Part shown: in pieces, positions 19,281 through 27,759 of the stretch | How positions within the stretch are numbered: position 1 is the first letter of the stretch | Layout: the number at the start of each line of letters is the position of its first letter | NCBI GenBank assembly: GCA_965223545.1 | Contig: OZ245006.1 | Location: 5,440,001-5,504,000 of the forward strand | Direction of reading: 5' to 3' | DNA: 64,000 bases | Source of the DNA: Planctomycetota bacterium | GTDB lineage: Bacteria > Planctomycetota > UBA1135 > UBA2386 | The notes under the pieces: model-generated | The model's database searches: none | Told to the model about the DNA's origin: nothing | Seen by the model: only the letters and a program-made list of their open reading frames with translations | Translations under genes and position numbers: made by a program

Positions 19281-20183
19281 ATGCCCGAGCTTCCCGATGT
19301 CGCGGTCTATCTCGAACGGATCGAAGCCATGCTCGGTGGTCGGACCCTGCTTGGGATCGACGTGCGCACCCCGTTTCTGCTGCGCAGCGTCGAGCCGACG
19401 CCGCGGGCCTACGCCGGCGCTCGGTTGCAGGGCACCGCTCGCCTGGGCAAGCAGCTCGTCCTCGACTTCGGCGATGACCTCTTCGCCGTGCTGCACCTGA
19501 TGATCGCCGGCCGGTTGCGCTGGCGGCCGCCCGGGCGGCGTGGTCCGGGGGTCCACACGGCCGCCGCGTTCTTGTTCGAGCACGGCACCCTGTTCCTGAC
19601 CGAGGCCTCGGCGAAGAAGCGCGCGAAGCTGCATCTCGTCCGCGGCCGGCCGGGGTTGGCGCCGTTCGATCGGGGCGGGTTGGAGGTCCTGCAGGCGTCC
19701 GCGGAGGAGTTCGCCGCCGCGTTGCGCCGCGAGAACCGGACCGTCAAGCGCGCCCTGACCGACCCGCGCTTGTGCAGCGGCATCGGCAACGCCTACTCCG
19801 ACGAGATCCTGCACCGGGCGCGCTTGTCACCCCTGCGCTGGACCCGGCGGCTGACCGAGGAAGAAGTCGCCCGACTGCACATCGCGACCCGTACCACGCT
19901 CGAGCATTGGACTGATGTGTTGCGGGAGGAAGTCGGCGATGGCTTCCCTGAAAAGGTCACCGCGTTTCGGCCCGGGATGGCCGTCCATGGTCGCTACCGG
20001 CAGCCGTGTCCCGACTGCGGTCAGCCGGTCCAGCGGATCCGCTACGCCAGCAACGAGTGCAACTACTGTGCGCAGTGTCAGAACGGCGGCGTGTTGCTCG
20101 CCGACCGCGGCCTGTCGCAGCTGTTGAAGGGGGATTGGCCGCGCACGCTGGAGGAGCTCGAGGAGCGGCGCGGATCGCCCTGA
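19281..20183 (+). CDS. Fpg/Nei family DNA glycosylase
   Basis: N-terminal PELPDV, HLMIAG, H2TH SGIGNAYSDEIL and CPDC...CAQC zinc finger. Confidence 0.93.
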   Translation: MPELPDVAVYLERIEAMLGGRTLLGIDVRTPFLLRSVEPTPRAYAGARLQGTARLGKQLVLDFGDDLFAVLHLMIAGRLRWRPPGRRGPGVHTAAAFLFEHGTLFLTEASAKKRAKLHLVRGRPGLAPFDRGGLEVLQASAEEFAAALRRENRTVKRALTDPRLCSGIGNAYSDEILHRARLSPLRWTRRLTEEEVARLHIATRTTLEHWTDVLREEVGDGFPEKVTAFRPGMAVHGRYRQPCPDCGQPVQRIRYASNECNYCAQCQNGGVLLADRGLSQLLKGDWPRTLEELEERRGSP

Positions 20184-20449
20184 GGGTGTTCTGTCGTACT
20201 GCCACAGCGCAAACGATCCACGATCACAATCCTGCCTCCAGCCGTCATCCGGCGACGCAAGCGACTGAAGTGCAGAAAGGCTCCGAATAGCGCATTCGAC
20301 AGCATCACGGCGGCGGCCGGGACTGCGGTTCAAAACCGCCCCTGCGCACCATGTTGGGGAGGTGTGCCGACCCCCTCCGGGAACAGCGTCGTTCGGAAGG
20401 TTGAATCTCGAGACTCGAGTTCGGCCCCGCCTCCGGGCATCATCGGATC

Positions 20450-21385
20450 GTGGACTTCACCTTGGAGAACGAGGTACGCGCCACCGCCATGGCTTGGCTC
20501 GACGAGACCATCGCCACACACGGCGACGTCCTCGACCAAGCACTACTCAAGCGTGGATTCGAGTGTCGAGGCGAACGCGTGCAGCTTTGGGTGCAGCAGG
20601 GCATTCACAAGCCCAAGCTCCTGGACGCGGCGCTCAGCCTCCGCACCTCGTTGCAGTCGAAGTACTCAGACTTCTTCGTCGACGAAACGACCCTGATCTA
20701 CCGCTATCGGGGCACCGATCCGGCTGCCTGGGACAACCGGGCGGCGAGGCTCGCGTTCGAGAACAAGCTCCCGTTGATCTACCTGCACGCTGTCGCCAAG
20801 GCACGGTATGCCGTCGTCCATCCGGTCTTCATCGTGGCGGACGACCCAACGAGTCTTGCGTTCCGCTTGAAGGCTGATCTGGCAGAGCGACCAGGCGCTT
20901 CCGAGACCGATACGGAAGCTCTCTCCGTGGCCGAGGACCGACCCGAATATGACATGCGGGTGATTCGTCGCGACTACGGCACCCGGCTCGTCCTCACGCG
21001 CCTTCACCAGCGGGCTTTCCGAGAGCGAGTTCTCGAGGCCTACCGTCAGCAGTGCTCGATGTGCCGCCTTCGTCATCCCAGGCTTCTCGATGCCGCTCAC
21101 ATCGTCTCGGACACACACCCGGTGGGCGAGCCTGTGGTGAGCAACGGTTTGAGCCTTTGTCGCATCCACCACGCGGCGTTCGACCTCCACTACCTCGGCG
21201 TAGAGCCCGACACATGCCGCGTGCGCGTGCGGCGTGACCTCCTCGACGAGGAGGATGGCCCAATGCTCAAGCACGGGCTCCAAGCGCTCGAAGGCGTCCG
21301 GATCCAGGTCCCGCACCGGGTCGGAGATCGGCCGGATCCTCAGCTACTGGCCGTGCACTGGAGGGAGTTTTGTGACGCTGGTTGA
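20450..21385 (+). CDS. HNH endonuclease, putative restriction nuclease with SRA-like N-terminal domain
   Basis: CSMC...LDAAHI...NGLSLCRIHHAAFD HNH motif. The N-terminal QGIHKP...YRYRGTDP..DN region resembles SRA-like domains (inference). Confidence 0.82.
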   Translation: MDFTLENEVRATAMAWLDETIATHGDVLDQALLKRGFECRGERVQLWVQQGIHKPKLLDAALSLRTSLQSKYSDFFVDETTLIYRYRGTDPAAWDNRAARLAFENKLPLIYLHAVAKARYAVVHPVFIVADDPTSLAFRLKADLAERPGASETDTEALSVAEDRPEYDMRVIRRDYGTRLVLTRLHQRAFRERVLEAYRQQCSMCRLRHPRLLDAAHIVSDTHPVGEPVVSNGLSLCRIHHAAFDLHYLGVEPDTCRVRVRRDLLDEEDGPMLKHGLQALEGVRIQVPHRVGDRPDPQLLAVHWREFCDAG

Positions 21386-21874
21386 GGCGACAAGGTTTTG
21401 AGCACTCCTGACTCAGCGCGGCCACGGCCGCAACCAAACTCGGATGCCGCTCTTGCTGGCACGGCTTGGAAGGTCCGACCCATCCGCCGCCGCGCTGAGC
21501 GCAGACGCCAGTGGTGCTTTCGAGCGTCCGGGAGTTACGGCATCGAAGTCCTGACGACAACCGGCCTTTGGAGATGTTGTCGCCGCGCGAAGATTTGCGG
21601 ACCCTGAGGCTCAGGTGTGGGTGCCAATTGTTTGCTTTCGCGGCTCCCTCGGCTTCGCGCTCTGACTCGTACCAGGGTTCTCGGAGGCTCCAAGCGTTGA
21701 GAAGATGGAGCGATGGGACGTCCGAGCAGGTATTCACCGAGGCCGGAGCTAAAGAGAGCGCGCTGTGCTCATCGTTGCGGAGTGCAGTGGGGGAGCATGA
21801 CTCGAATCCCTGCCCGCTGAAGCAACTTGTGGCGCGACTGGCGCGTCAGATATACGTCAGGAACAGTGAGGACG

Positions 21875-22519
21875 ATGGTCAGTAGCCGATACAGTCGCGA
21901 AGTGTTCGACAGCATCGTTAAGCGATCTGTCAAGAGACGCGCTGTTAGTGAAGAGGACTGGATAGTCATATTGCGGGCCATCGAAGAGGATGGTGACGCT
22001 GGATGGAACGCAAGCGAGTGCTTGGCGTGGCTTTGTGTTAGCATGAAACGGGGAAAGGGGAGGGAAGACCTCTTAGGGAGGTTGTTCGAGATGGGTGAGA
22101 ACGGTACCTTTGAGGAAAGATTTGCTGTGTGCTCTGTTGCCTTGTCTCTAGATGTTCCTCGGGAAGTGGCGGTGCCAATTATTCGAACAGCGATAGCGGA
22201 TAAAAGAAAAGAGGTGCGTGAGAGAGCTGTAAGCGGCGTATTCATGCATTGGATAACCACGTTGGATCCCGCGTGGGAAGAAGCGCTGCTCCCGGCGCTA
22301 GAGAAGGCGCACGCGAAAGAACGGGACAAACGGGTCCATCGACGAATCCTGGACCTAATGAAGAACGGTCATCACATTTACGAGCGCAACGGAGCGCACT
22401 ACATCATTGTGAGATCGGCGAGTGCGGTTGCCTACAAGATGCTCGAGAACGGCGAGCAGGATTGGCCGGAGAACAAGCTGAAGCGGTTTGTGGCACGGAT
22501 AGCGCGTCAGATGGGGTGA
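21875..22519 (+). CDS. hypothetical protein, HEAT-like helical, low GC
   Basis: GAGGA RBS before ATG 21875. Charged helical protein with a HEAT-like IADKRKEVRERAV segment. Atypical codon usage. Confidence 0.6.
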   Translation: MVSSRYSREVFDSIVKRSVKRRAVSEEDWIVILRAIEEDGDAGWNASECLAWLCVSMKRGKGREDLLGRLFEMGENGTFEERFAVCSVALSLDVPREVAVPIIRTAIADKRKEVRERAVSGVFMHWITTLDPAWEEALLPALEKAHAKERDKRVHRRILDLMKNGHHIYERNGAHYIIVRSASAVAYKMLENGEQDWPENKLKRFVARIARQMG

Positions 22520-22887
22520 GGCGACTGCACCTCGCGGACGGTCGCGTATGCCGCGGGCGAGTGGGCAGCTTCTCAGGTAGCTCATCGCTGGTCAGTCGGC
22601 CAACAGTCCCGGCCAAGCAGGGAGAGAGTTTCTGCCAGGCGGGGAATGCAGCGCAGTCAGGAACAGCGGCTACGGCTCGAACATGTGTCCGCGCTGTTCG
22701 GCGCGGCCCGCAGGAGCGCCGTAGTTCGGTAGGAGGAACTCACGTGGTCACGTGGTTCCGAGAAACCACCTTCCCGCGGCAACCGACCGCCGTCGAAAGC
22801 GTGGATGAGGCTGGGTCAGCGCACGTTGCAGCCCGCTGTCCGACCTGAGCTCAGAGAGGAGAGAAGCACTGGGCCCAACAGCAAGAA

Positions 22888-22929
22888 AATAGACCACACT
22901 TGTAGTCAAGACTACAAGTGTGGTCTATT
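22888..22929. promoter_or_regulatory. perfect 20-bp inverted repeat made of two BlaI/MecI/CopY-type boxes
   Basis: AATAGACCACACTTGTAGTC-AA-GACTACAAGTGTGGTCTATT, 8 bp upstream of the repressor ATG. Each arm resembles TACA-NN-TGTA. Confidence 0.88.
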
Positions 22930-22937
22930 AGGGGGCG

Positions 22938-23315
22938 ATGGCCACCCTACCGAAGATCTCGGACGCCGAGTGGGACGTCATGCACGTGCTGTGGGAGGAG
23001 GGGCCGGTCACGGCCCAGCGCGTGCACGATGCCCTGAGCACGACGAAGTCGTGGTCGGTGCGCACGGTCAAGACGCTGCTGGCGCGCCTGGTCAAGAAGC
23101 GCGCGGCCATCTTCGAGGTCGAGGGCCGGCGCTACCTGTACTCGGCGCGGGTCAGTCGCGCGGCCTGCGTGCGCGCGGAGAGCGCGTCGTTCTTGTCGCG
23201 TGTGTTCGGGGGGGACGCCAGTCCGGCGTTGGCGCATTTCGTCCGTGAGGGCAAGCTGACGCCGGCGGAGATCGAGCGGCTGCGGGCCTTGCTCGATGCG
23301 GAGGACCCGTCGTGA
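22938..23315 (+). CDS. BlaI/MecI/CopY family repressor
   Basis: ISDAEWDVMHVLW...WSVRTVKTLLARLVKK...YLYSA. Confidence 0.95.
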   Translation: MATLPKISDAEWDVMHVLWEEGPVTAQRVHDALSTTKSWSVRTVKTLLARLVKKRAAIFEVEGRRYLYSARVSRAACVRAESASFLSRVFGGDASPALAHFVREGKLTPAEIERLRALLDAEDPS

Positions 23316-25585
23316 GTCCGGTTCTCGAGTGGCTGGTCGCCGCGTCGTTGCACGTCGCGTGGTTGGTCGCGGTCTTGGTTGTCGTGGAGCGATTCACGGG
23401 CCGTTGGCTGACCCCGGGCTGGCGTTACGGGCTGTGGCTCTTGGTGTTCGCGCGCCTGGTGCTGCCCGGCGTGCTTCCCTTGACCGCGGGCGGCCCAGGG
23501 TCGCGGCTGGCGTCGCTTTGGGCGACGGACCCGTCGCCGCCGGTGGCTGTGCGAAGGTCCTCTCCTGCGTCCATGCCCCCCAGCTCTCGTCCGCCGGCAC
23601 GCTCGGCGCCGCGGCGAGTGCCTTCGCCCGTTCTCGAGCCGATGCGGGACGAAGCGGTCGCGGCAGCGCCGGGCCGCGCGGTCGCCGCGCCGGCGCCGCC
23701 CTCGGCAGCGCCCTCGGCACTGGTCTCCTCCCCGCCGGACCGAGCCGCACCAGTGCCAGCCCTCACCGCCACCGGTGCGTGGCTCGGCGTCGCCTGGCTG
23801 CTGGGTGCCGGCTTGCTGATGGCGCGCGCGCTGCTGCGCACGCGGCGGCTCACCGTCCGCCTGACCGGAGCCCGGCCGATCCGGGAGCCGGCGGTGCTCG
23901 CGGCGCTCGCCGATGCCCGCGCCGCGCTCGGCGTGCGCCGGTCGGTCGCCGTGCTCGAGACCGATGCGGTCGACGCTCCGGCGGTCACCGGCTGGCGGAG
24001 GCCGCGCGTGCTGATGCCGCCGGGCCTGGCGCAGCGGTTGACTCCGGCCGAGCTGCGGCACGTGCTGGCGCACGAGCTGGCGCATGTGCGCCACGGCGAT
24101 GTCGCCACTGGGCTGATGCTGCACCTGCTCGCGTGCGTCTACTGGTTCCACCCGCTGGTGTGGCTGGCGCTGCGCCGGATCACCGCAGCGCGCGAATCGC
24201 TCCGCGATTGGAACGCGCTGGCACACGCCGGCCGCCGCGCGGCCGTCCCCTACGCGAACACTTTGTTGAAGCTCTGCGACCGCCGCACCGGTGCCGCCGC
24301 CCCCGCGCTCGGCATGGCGGGATTGCCCCGCGGAGCACGCGACGTGAGATGGAGAATCGTGATGATCAAACAGTTCGGAAACGGCGCCGCTCCCCGGCGT
24401 GGTGCGCTCCTCGGCATCGGCCTGCTCGGCGGCTTGGGTTGGCTCGGGTTCACCGAGCGTGCTGCCACGGCACAAACCGGCCCGGAGCTCGCGCTGACCC
24501 AGGACCCCGCCGCGCCGCTGCGGCGACTGACGGTCGAGCGACCGGAGCCCGAGCCCGAGTGGCGCGCACAGCTGCGTCAGCAGCTGCAGCAGTCGTGCAC
24601 GCTGGACGTCGAGGACGCCCTCGTCCCCGACGTCCTGGCCGCGCTGCAAGCACAGACCGGCATCAACGTCGTGTTGGTCCCCGCCAGCTTGAGCGAGGAC
24701 CATGGCGATCCGAGGGTCAGCATGCGCGTCGACGGGATGTCGGTGGGGGCTGTCCTCGAGGTCTTGGGCACCGAGCTCGGTGGCGCGCGCGTCTCCCTGT
24801 CGCGCGAGTCCGTCTGCCTGCGCGACGGCTTCGGTGCGGACGAATACGGGGTGTGCTTCTACAAGGTCGCCCCGTTGCTCGACGGCGAGAGCTTCGGCGG
24901 CGAGGAGCTGATCGAGGCGATCCGCGAGTTCGTCGAACCGCAACGTGAATGGACGTGGGACAACGGACAGATCTACCTCTGGAACGAGGTGTTGATCGTC
25001 TCCCAGACGCCGGAGATGCACGAGGCGATCGGCGCGTTCTTGAATCGGCTGCTCAACCGCGGCGCCGAGCCACCAAGGCCCGCCGATCCGTGGCGCGCGC
25101 GCGTCGAAGAGGTGTTGGCCGCGGAGACCGGCGTCAACGCCGAGTCGACTCCGGCGCGCCAACTGGTGGGCGAGCTCGGCGCGCGGCACGGTTTGGCGAT
25201 CACCATCGACCCCGACTTCGAGGACGCCGAGATCACGCTGCAAATGGCCGGCGTGCGGCTCCGGTCGGCGTTGGAGTTGATCGCCGATCAGCTCGACTGC
25301 GGCGTCGCCGTGCGCGGAGGTGCGGTCTATCTCGGACATTGCGCGGGCGACACCGAGCTCGAGTTCTACGACGTCAGCACGCTGCTGGCGCGCGGCGACC
25401 AGGACGAGGCCGAGACCCATGAGATGATCGGTTCGCTGATCGAGAGCCAGGTCGTGCCGGAGGCGTGGGGCGACTGGTCGAGTCACCGTTTGTGGCGCGA
25501 CCTGCTGCTGGTGCGCACGGCGCCCGAGGCACACGCCAAGATCGACAAGCTGCTCGGCGCGCTGCGCCGGGCGTTCGGCGAATAG
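23312..25585 (+). CDS. BlaR1-like M56 metallopeptidase with C-terminal STN/secretin-N-like repeats
   Basis: HELAH zinc motif, WFHPLVW, RESLRD. GTG overlaps the repressor stop. Two C-terminal repeats end LIVSQTPEMH and LLVRTAPEAH. Confidence 0.88.
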   Translation: MSPVLEWLVAASLHVAWLVAVLVVVERFTGRWLTPGWRYGLWLLVFARLVLPGVLPLTAGGPGSRLASLWATDPSPPVAVRRSSPASMPPSSRPPARSAPRRVPSPVLEPMRDEAVAAAPGRAVAAPAPPSAAPSALVSSPPDRAAPVPALTATGAWLGVAWLLGAGLLMARALLRTRRLTVRLTGARPIREPAVLAALADARAALGVRRSVAVLETDAVDAPAVTGWRRPRVLMPPGLAQRLTPAELRHVLAHELAHVRHGDVATGLMLHLLACVYWFHPLVWLALRRITAARESLRDWNALAHAGRRAAVPYANTLLKLCDRRTGAAAPALGMAGLPRGARDVRWRIVMIKQFGNGAAPRRGALLGIGLLGGLGWLGFTERAATAQTGPELALTQDPAAPLRRLTVERPEPEPEWRAQLRQQLQQSCTLDVEDALVPDVLAALQAQTGINVVLVPASLSEDHGDPRVSMRVDGMSVGAVLEVLGTELGGARVSLSRESVCLRDGFGADEYGVCFYKVAPLLDGESFGGEELIEAIREFVEPQREWTWDNGQIYLWNEVLIVSQTPEMHEAIGAFLNRLLNRGAEPPRPADPWRARVEEVLAAETGVNAESTPARQLVGELGARHGLAITIDPDFEDAEITLQMAGVRLRSALELIADQLDCGVAVRGGAVYLGHCAGDTELEFYDVSTLLARGDQDEAETHEMIGSLIESQVVPEAWGDWSSHRLWRDLLLVRTAPEAHAKIDKLLGALRRAFGE

Positions 25586-25623
25586 GGCGACGTCACCGGC
25601 GCGGATTGTGGTCGAATGGCCGC

Positions 25624-26634
25624 GTGCCCGAGCCGATCACCGACGAGGCGCAGCTCGACGAGCTGCTCTCCCGACCGGACGACGTCGTGCGGAAAGCGCT
25701 GGCCGACATCGACGGGCCGCTGCTGGTGCTCGGCGCCGGCGGCAAGATGGGGCCGACGCTGGCCCGGATGGCGCGGCGAGCCGGTGCCGAGGTGGTCGCA
25801 GTATCGCGATTCACCGACCCCGCAGTCGCCGCCGGGCTGAGCGCACACGGCGTTCGCGTACACCGCGCCGATCTGCTTCGGCGCGACGCGGTGTGGCAGT
25901 TGCCCGACGCGGGCGCAGTGATCTTCATGGCCGGTGCCAAGTTCGGCACGCGGTCGGCGCCGCACCGGACCTGGGCGTGCAACGCGTGGCTTCCAGGCCT
26001 GGTGGCCGAGCGCTACGAAGGGGTTCCGACCGTGGTGTTCTCCAGCGGCAACGTTTATCCGCTGATGCCGCGTGGCGGACCCGGGGCTGACGAGGCCACC
26101 TCGCCGGCGCCGACCGGCGAGTACGCCTGGTCGGTGTTGGCGCGCGAGCGCATGTTCGAGCGCGCCGCCGCCGAGCGCGCTACCCCGGTGCTGTTGTTTC
26201 GGCTCAACTACGCCGTCGAGCTGCGCTACGGCGTCCTGGTCGACATCGCCGACGCCGTGCGCGGGCGGCGCCCGGTCGACGTTCGCATGGGGGCGGTCAA
26301 CGTGCTGTGGCAGGGTGATGCCAACCGCTACGCGCTCGCGGCGTTGGCGCAGTGCGCGGCGCCGGCGGCGGTGCTCAACGCGACCGGTGCGGAGGTGTTG
26401 TCCGTGCGCCAGCTGGCCAGCGCCCTGGGGGATCGGTTGGGCGAGACGCCCGTGCTGGAGGGGGTCGAGGAGCAGTCCGCCCTGCTCGCCGATGCGCGGC
26501 GGGCCATCGCGCTGTTCGGGTCGCCCTCGGTGGCGATCGACACCTTGCTCGATTGGACCGCCGACTGGATCGCCCGGGGCGGTGTGACCTGGGGCAAGCC
26601 GACGCACTTCGAGGTGCGCGATGGGAGCTACTGA
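25624..26634 (+). CDS. NAD-dependent epimerase/dehydratase family protein
   Basis: GAGGKMG Rossmann motif, FSSGNVY, RLNYA. GTG start inferred. Confidence 0.85.
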   Translation: MPEPITDEAQLDELLSRPDDVVRKALADIDGPLLVLGAGGKMGPTLARMARRAGAEVVAVSRFTDPAVAAGLSAHGVRVHRADLLRRDAVWQLPDAGAVIFMAGAKFGTRSAPHRTWACNAWLPGLVAERYEGVPTVVFSSGNVYPLMPRGGPGADEATSPAPTGEYAWSVLARERMFERAAAERATPVLLFRLNYAVELRYGVLVDIADAVRGRRPVDVRMGAVNVLWQGDANRYALAALAQCAAPAAVLNATGAEVLSVRQLASALGDRLGETPVLEGVEEQSALLADARRAIALFGSPSVAIDTLLDWTADWIARGGVTWGKPTHFEVRDGSY

Positions 26635-27694
26635 GGTGGCTGCCGCGCAGCTGCGCCGAGAGACCGCGGCCCGGCTCCGCGCCGGCTTGGCGATCCCCGC
26701 GCACCCACTCGCGCTGGACGCCGAGCGCCGGTTCGACGAGACCGCCCAGCGGGCGCTCACGCGCTACTACTTGGCGGCCGGCGCCGGTGGGTTGGCGGTG
26801 GCGGTGCACACCACGCAGTTTGCGCTGCGTCGACACGGCCTGTTGCGGCCGGTGCTGGAGCTCGCGGCCGAGACCGCGCGCGCGCACGGTGCGGTGGCGC
26901 CGCCGGTGATGATCGCCGGGGTGTGCGGCGACACCACGACGGCGGTGGCCGAGGCGGCGTTGGCCCGCGACCTCGGCTACGATCTCGCGTTGCTCGGGAT
27001 GCAGGAGCTCGGCGATGCGCCGCAGGACGTCCTGCTCGCGCACGCCGCCGCGGTCGGTGAGGTGCTGCCCCTGTGCGGCTTCTACCTGCAGCCGGCGGTC
27101 GGCGGTCGCGACTTGGACCGCGCGTTCTGGCGCGCCTTCGCCGCGTTGCCGGCGGTGGTCGCCGTCAAGCTGGCGCCGTTCGATCGGTATCGGACTCTGG
27201 CCGCGGTGCACGGCATCGCCGAGTCGGGGCGCGCGGCCGAGATCGCGCTCTACACCGGCAACGACGATCACATCGTCCACGATTTGCTGGCGCGCTACCG
27301 CACCGTGGTCGGCGGCGGGGTTGTGGAGCAGCGCTTCGCCGGTGGGCTGTTGGGCCACTGGGCGGTGTGGACCGAGCGCGCCGCCGCGCTGCGCGCCCGC
27401 TTGGCCGCGCACGCGCGGCAGCCGGACGCCGGCATGGACGTCGCGCGCCTGGCCGTCGAGGTCACCGACTGCAACGCCGCCCTGTTCGATGCCGCCAACG
27501 GGTTCGACGGCTGTATCGCCGGTCTGCACTACGTGTTGCACGGTCAAGGCCTGCTGACCGCTCCGCACACGTTGGATCCCGCCGAGGGCCTGTCCCCCGG
27601 CCAGGCAGCCGAGATCGAGCGCGTCCGGCGCGACCATCCCCACCTGGTCGACGACGCCTTCGTCGCCGCGCACCGCGACGAATGGCTGCGCTGA
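26621..27694 (+). CDS. dihydrodipicolinate synthase (class I aldolase) family protein
   Basis: IPAHPLAL, VHTTQF, FYLQPAVGG, Schiff-base Lys in VKLAPF, LYTGNDD. Confidence 0.85.
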   Translation: MGATEVAAAQLRRETAARLRAGLAIPAHPLALDAERRFDETAQRALTRYYLAAGAGGLAVAVHTTQFALRRHGLLRPVLELAAETARAHGAVAPPVMIAGVCGDTTTAVAEAALARDLGYDLALLGMQELGDAPQDVLLAHAAAVGEVLPLCGFYLQPAVGGRDLDRAFWRAFAALPAVVAVKLAPFDRYRTLAAVHGIAESGRAAEIALYTGNDDHIVHDLLARYRTVVGGGVVEQRFAGGLLGHWAVWTERAAALRARLAAHARQPDAGMDVARLAVEVTDCNAALFDAANGFDGCIAGLHYVLHGQGLLTAPHTLDPAEGLSPGQAAEIERVRRDHPHLVDDAFVAAHRDEWLR

Positions 27695-27759
27695 CGCCTG
27701 GCCCGGTAGAATCGTGCATCCAGTGCGGCGGTGGTGGCGAATCCTCCCTCACCTCGATC

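Noticed and set aside
20403..20422. GAATCTCGAG-A-CTCGAGTTC near-palindrome upstream of the HNH gene
   Set aside because: It is short and imperfect, and CTCGAG is frequent in this sequence, so no function can be supported.
22938..25585. Beta-lactam resistance locus
   Set aside because: No beta-lactamase or PBP gene is adjacent, and the sensor lacks a penicillin-binding domain.
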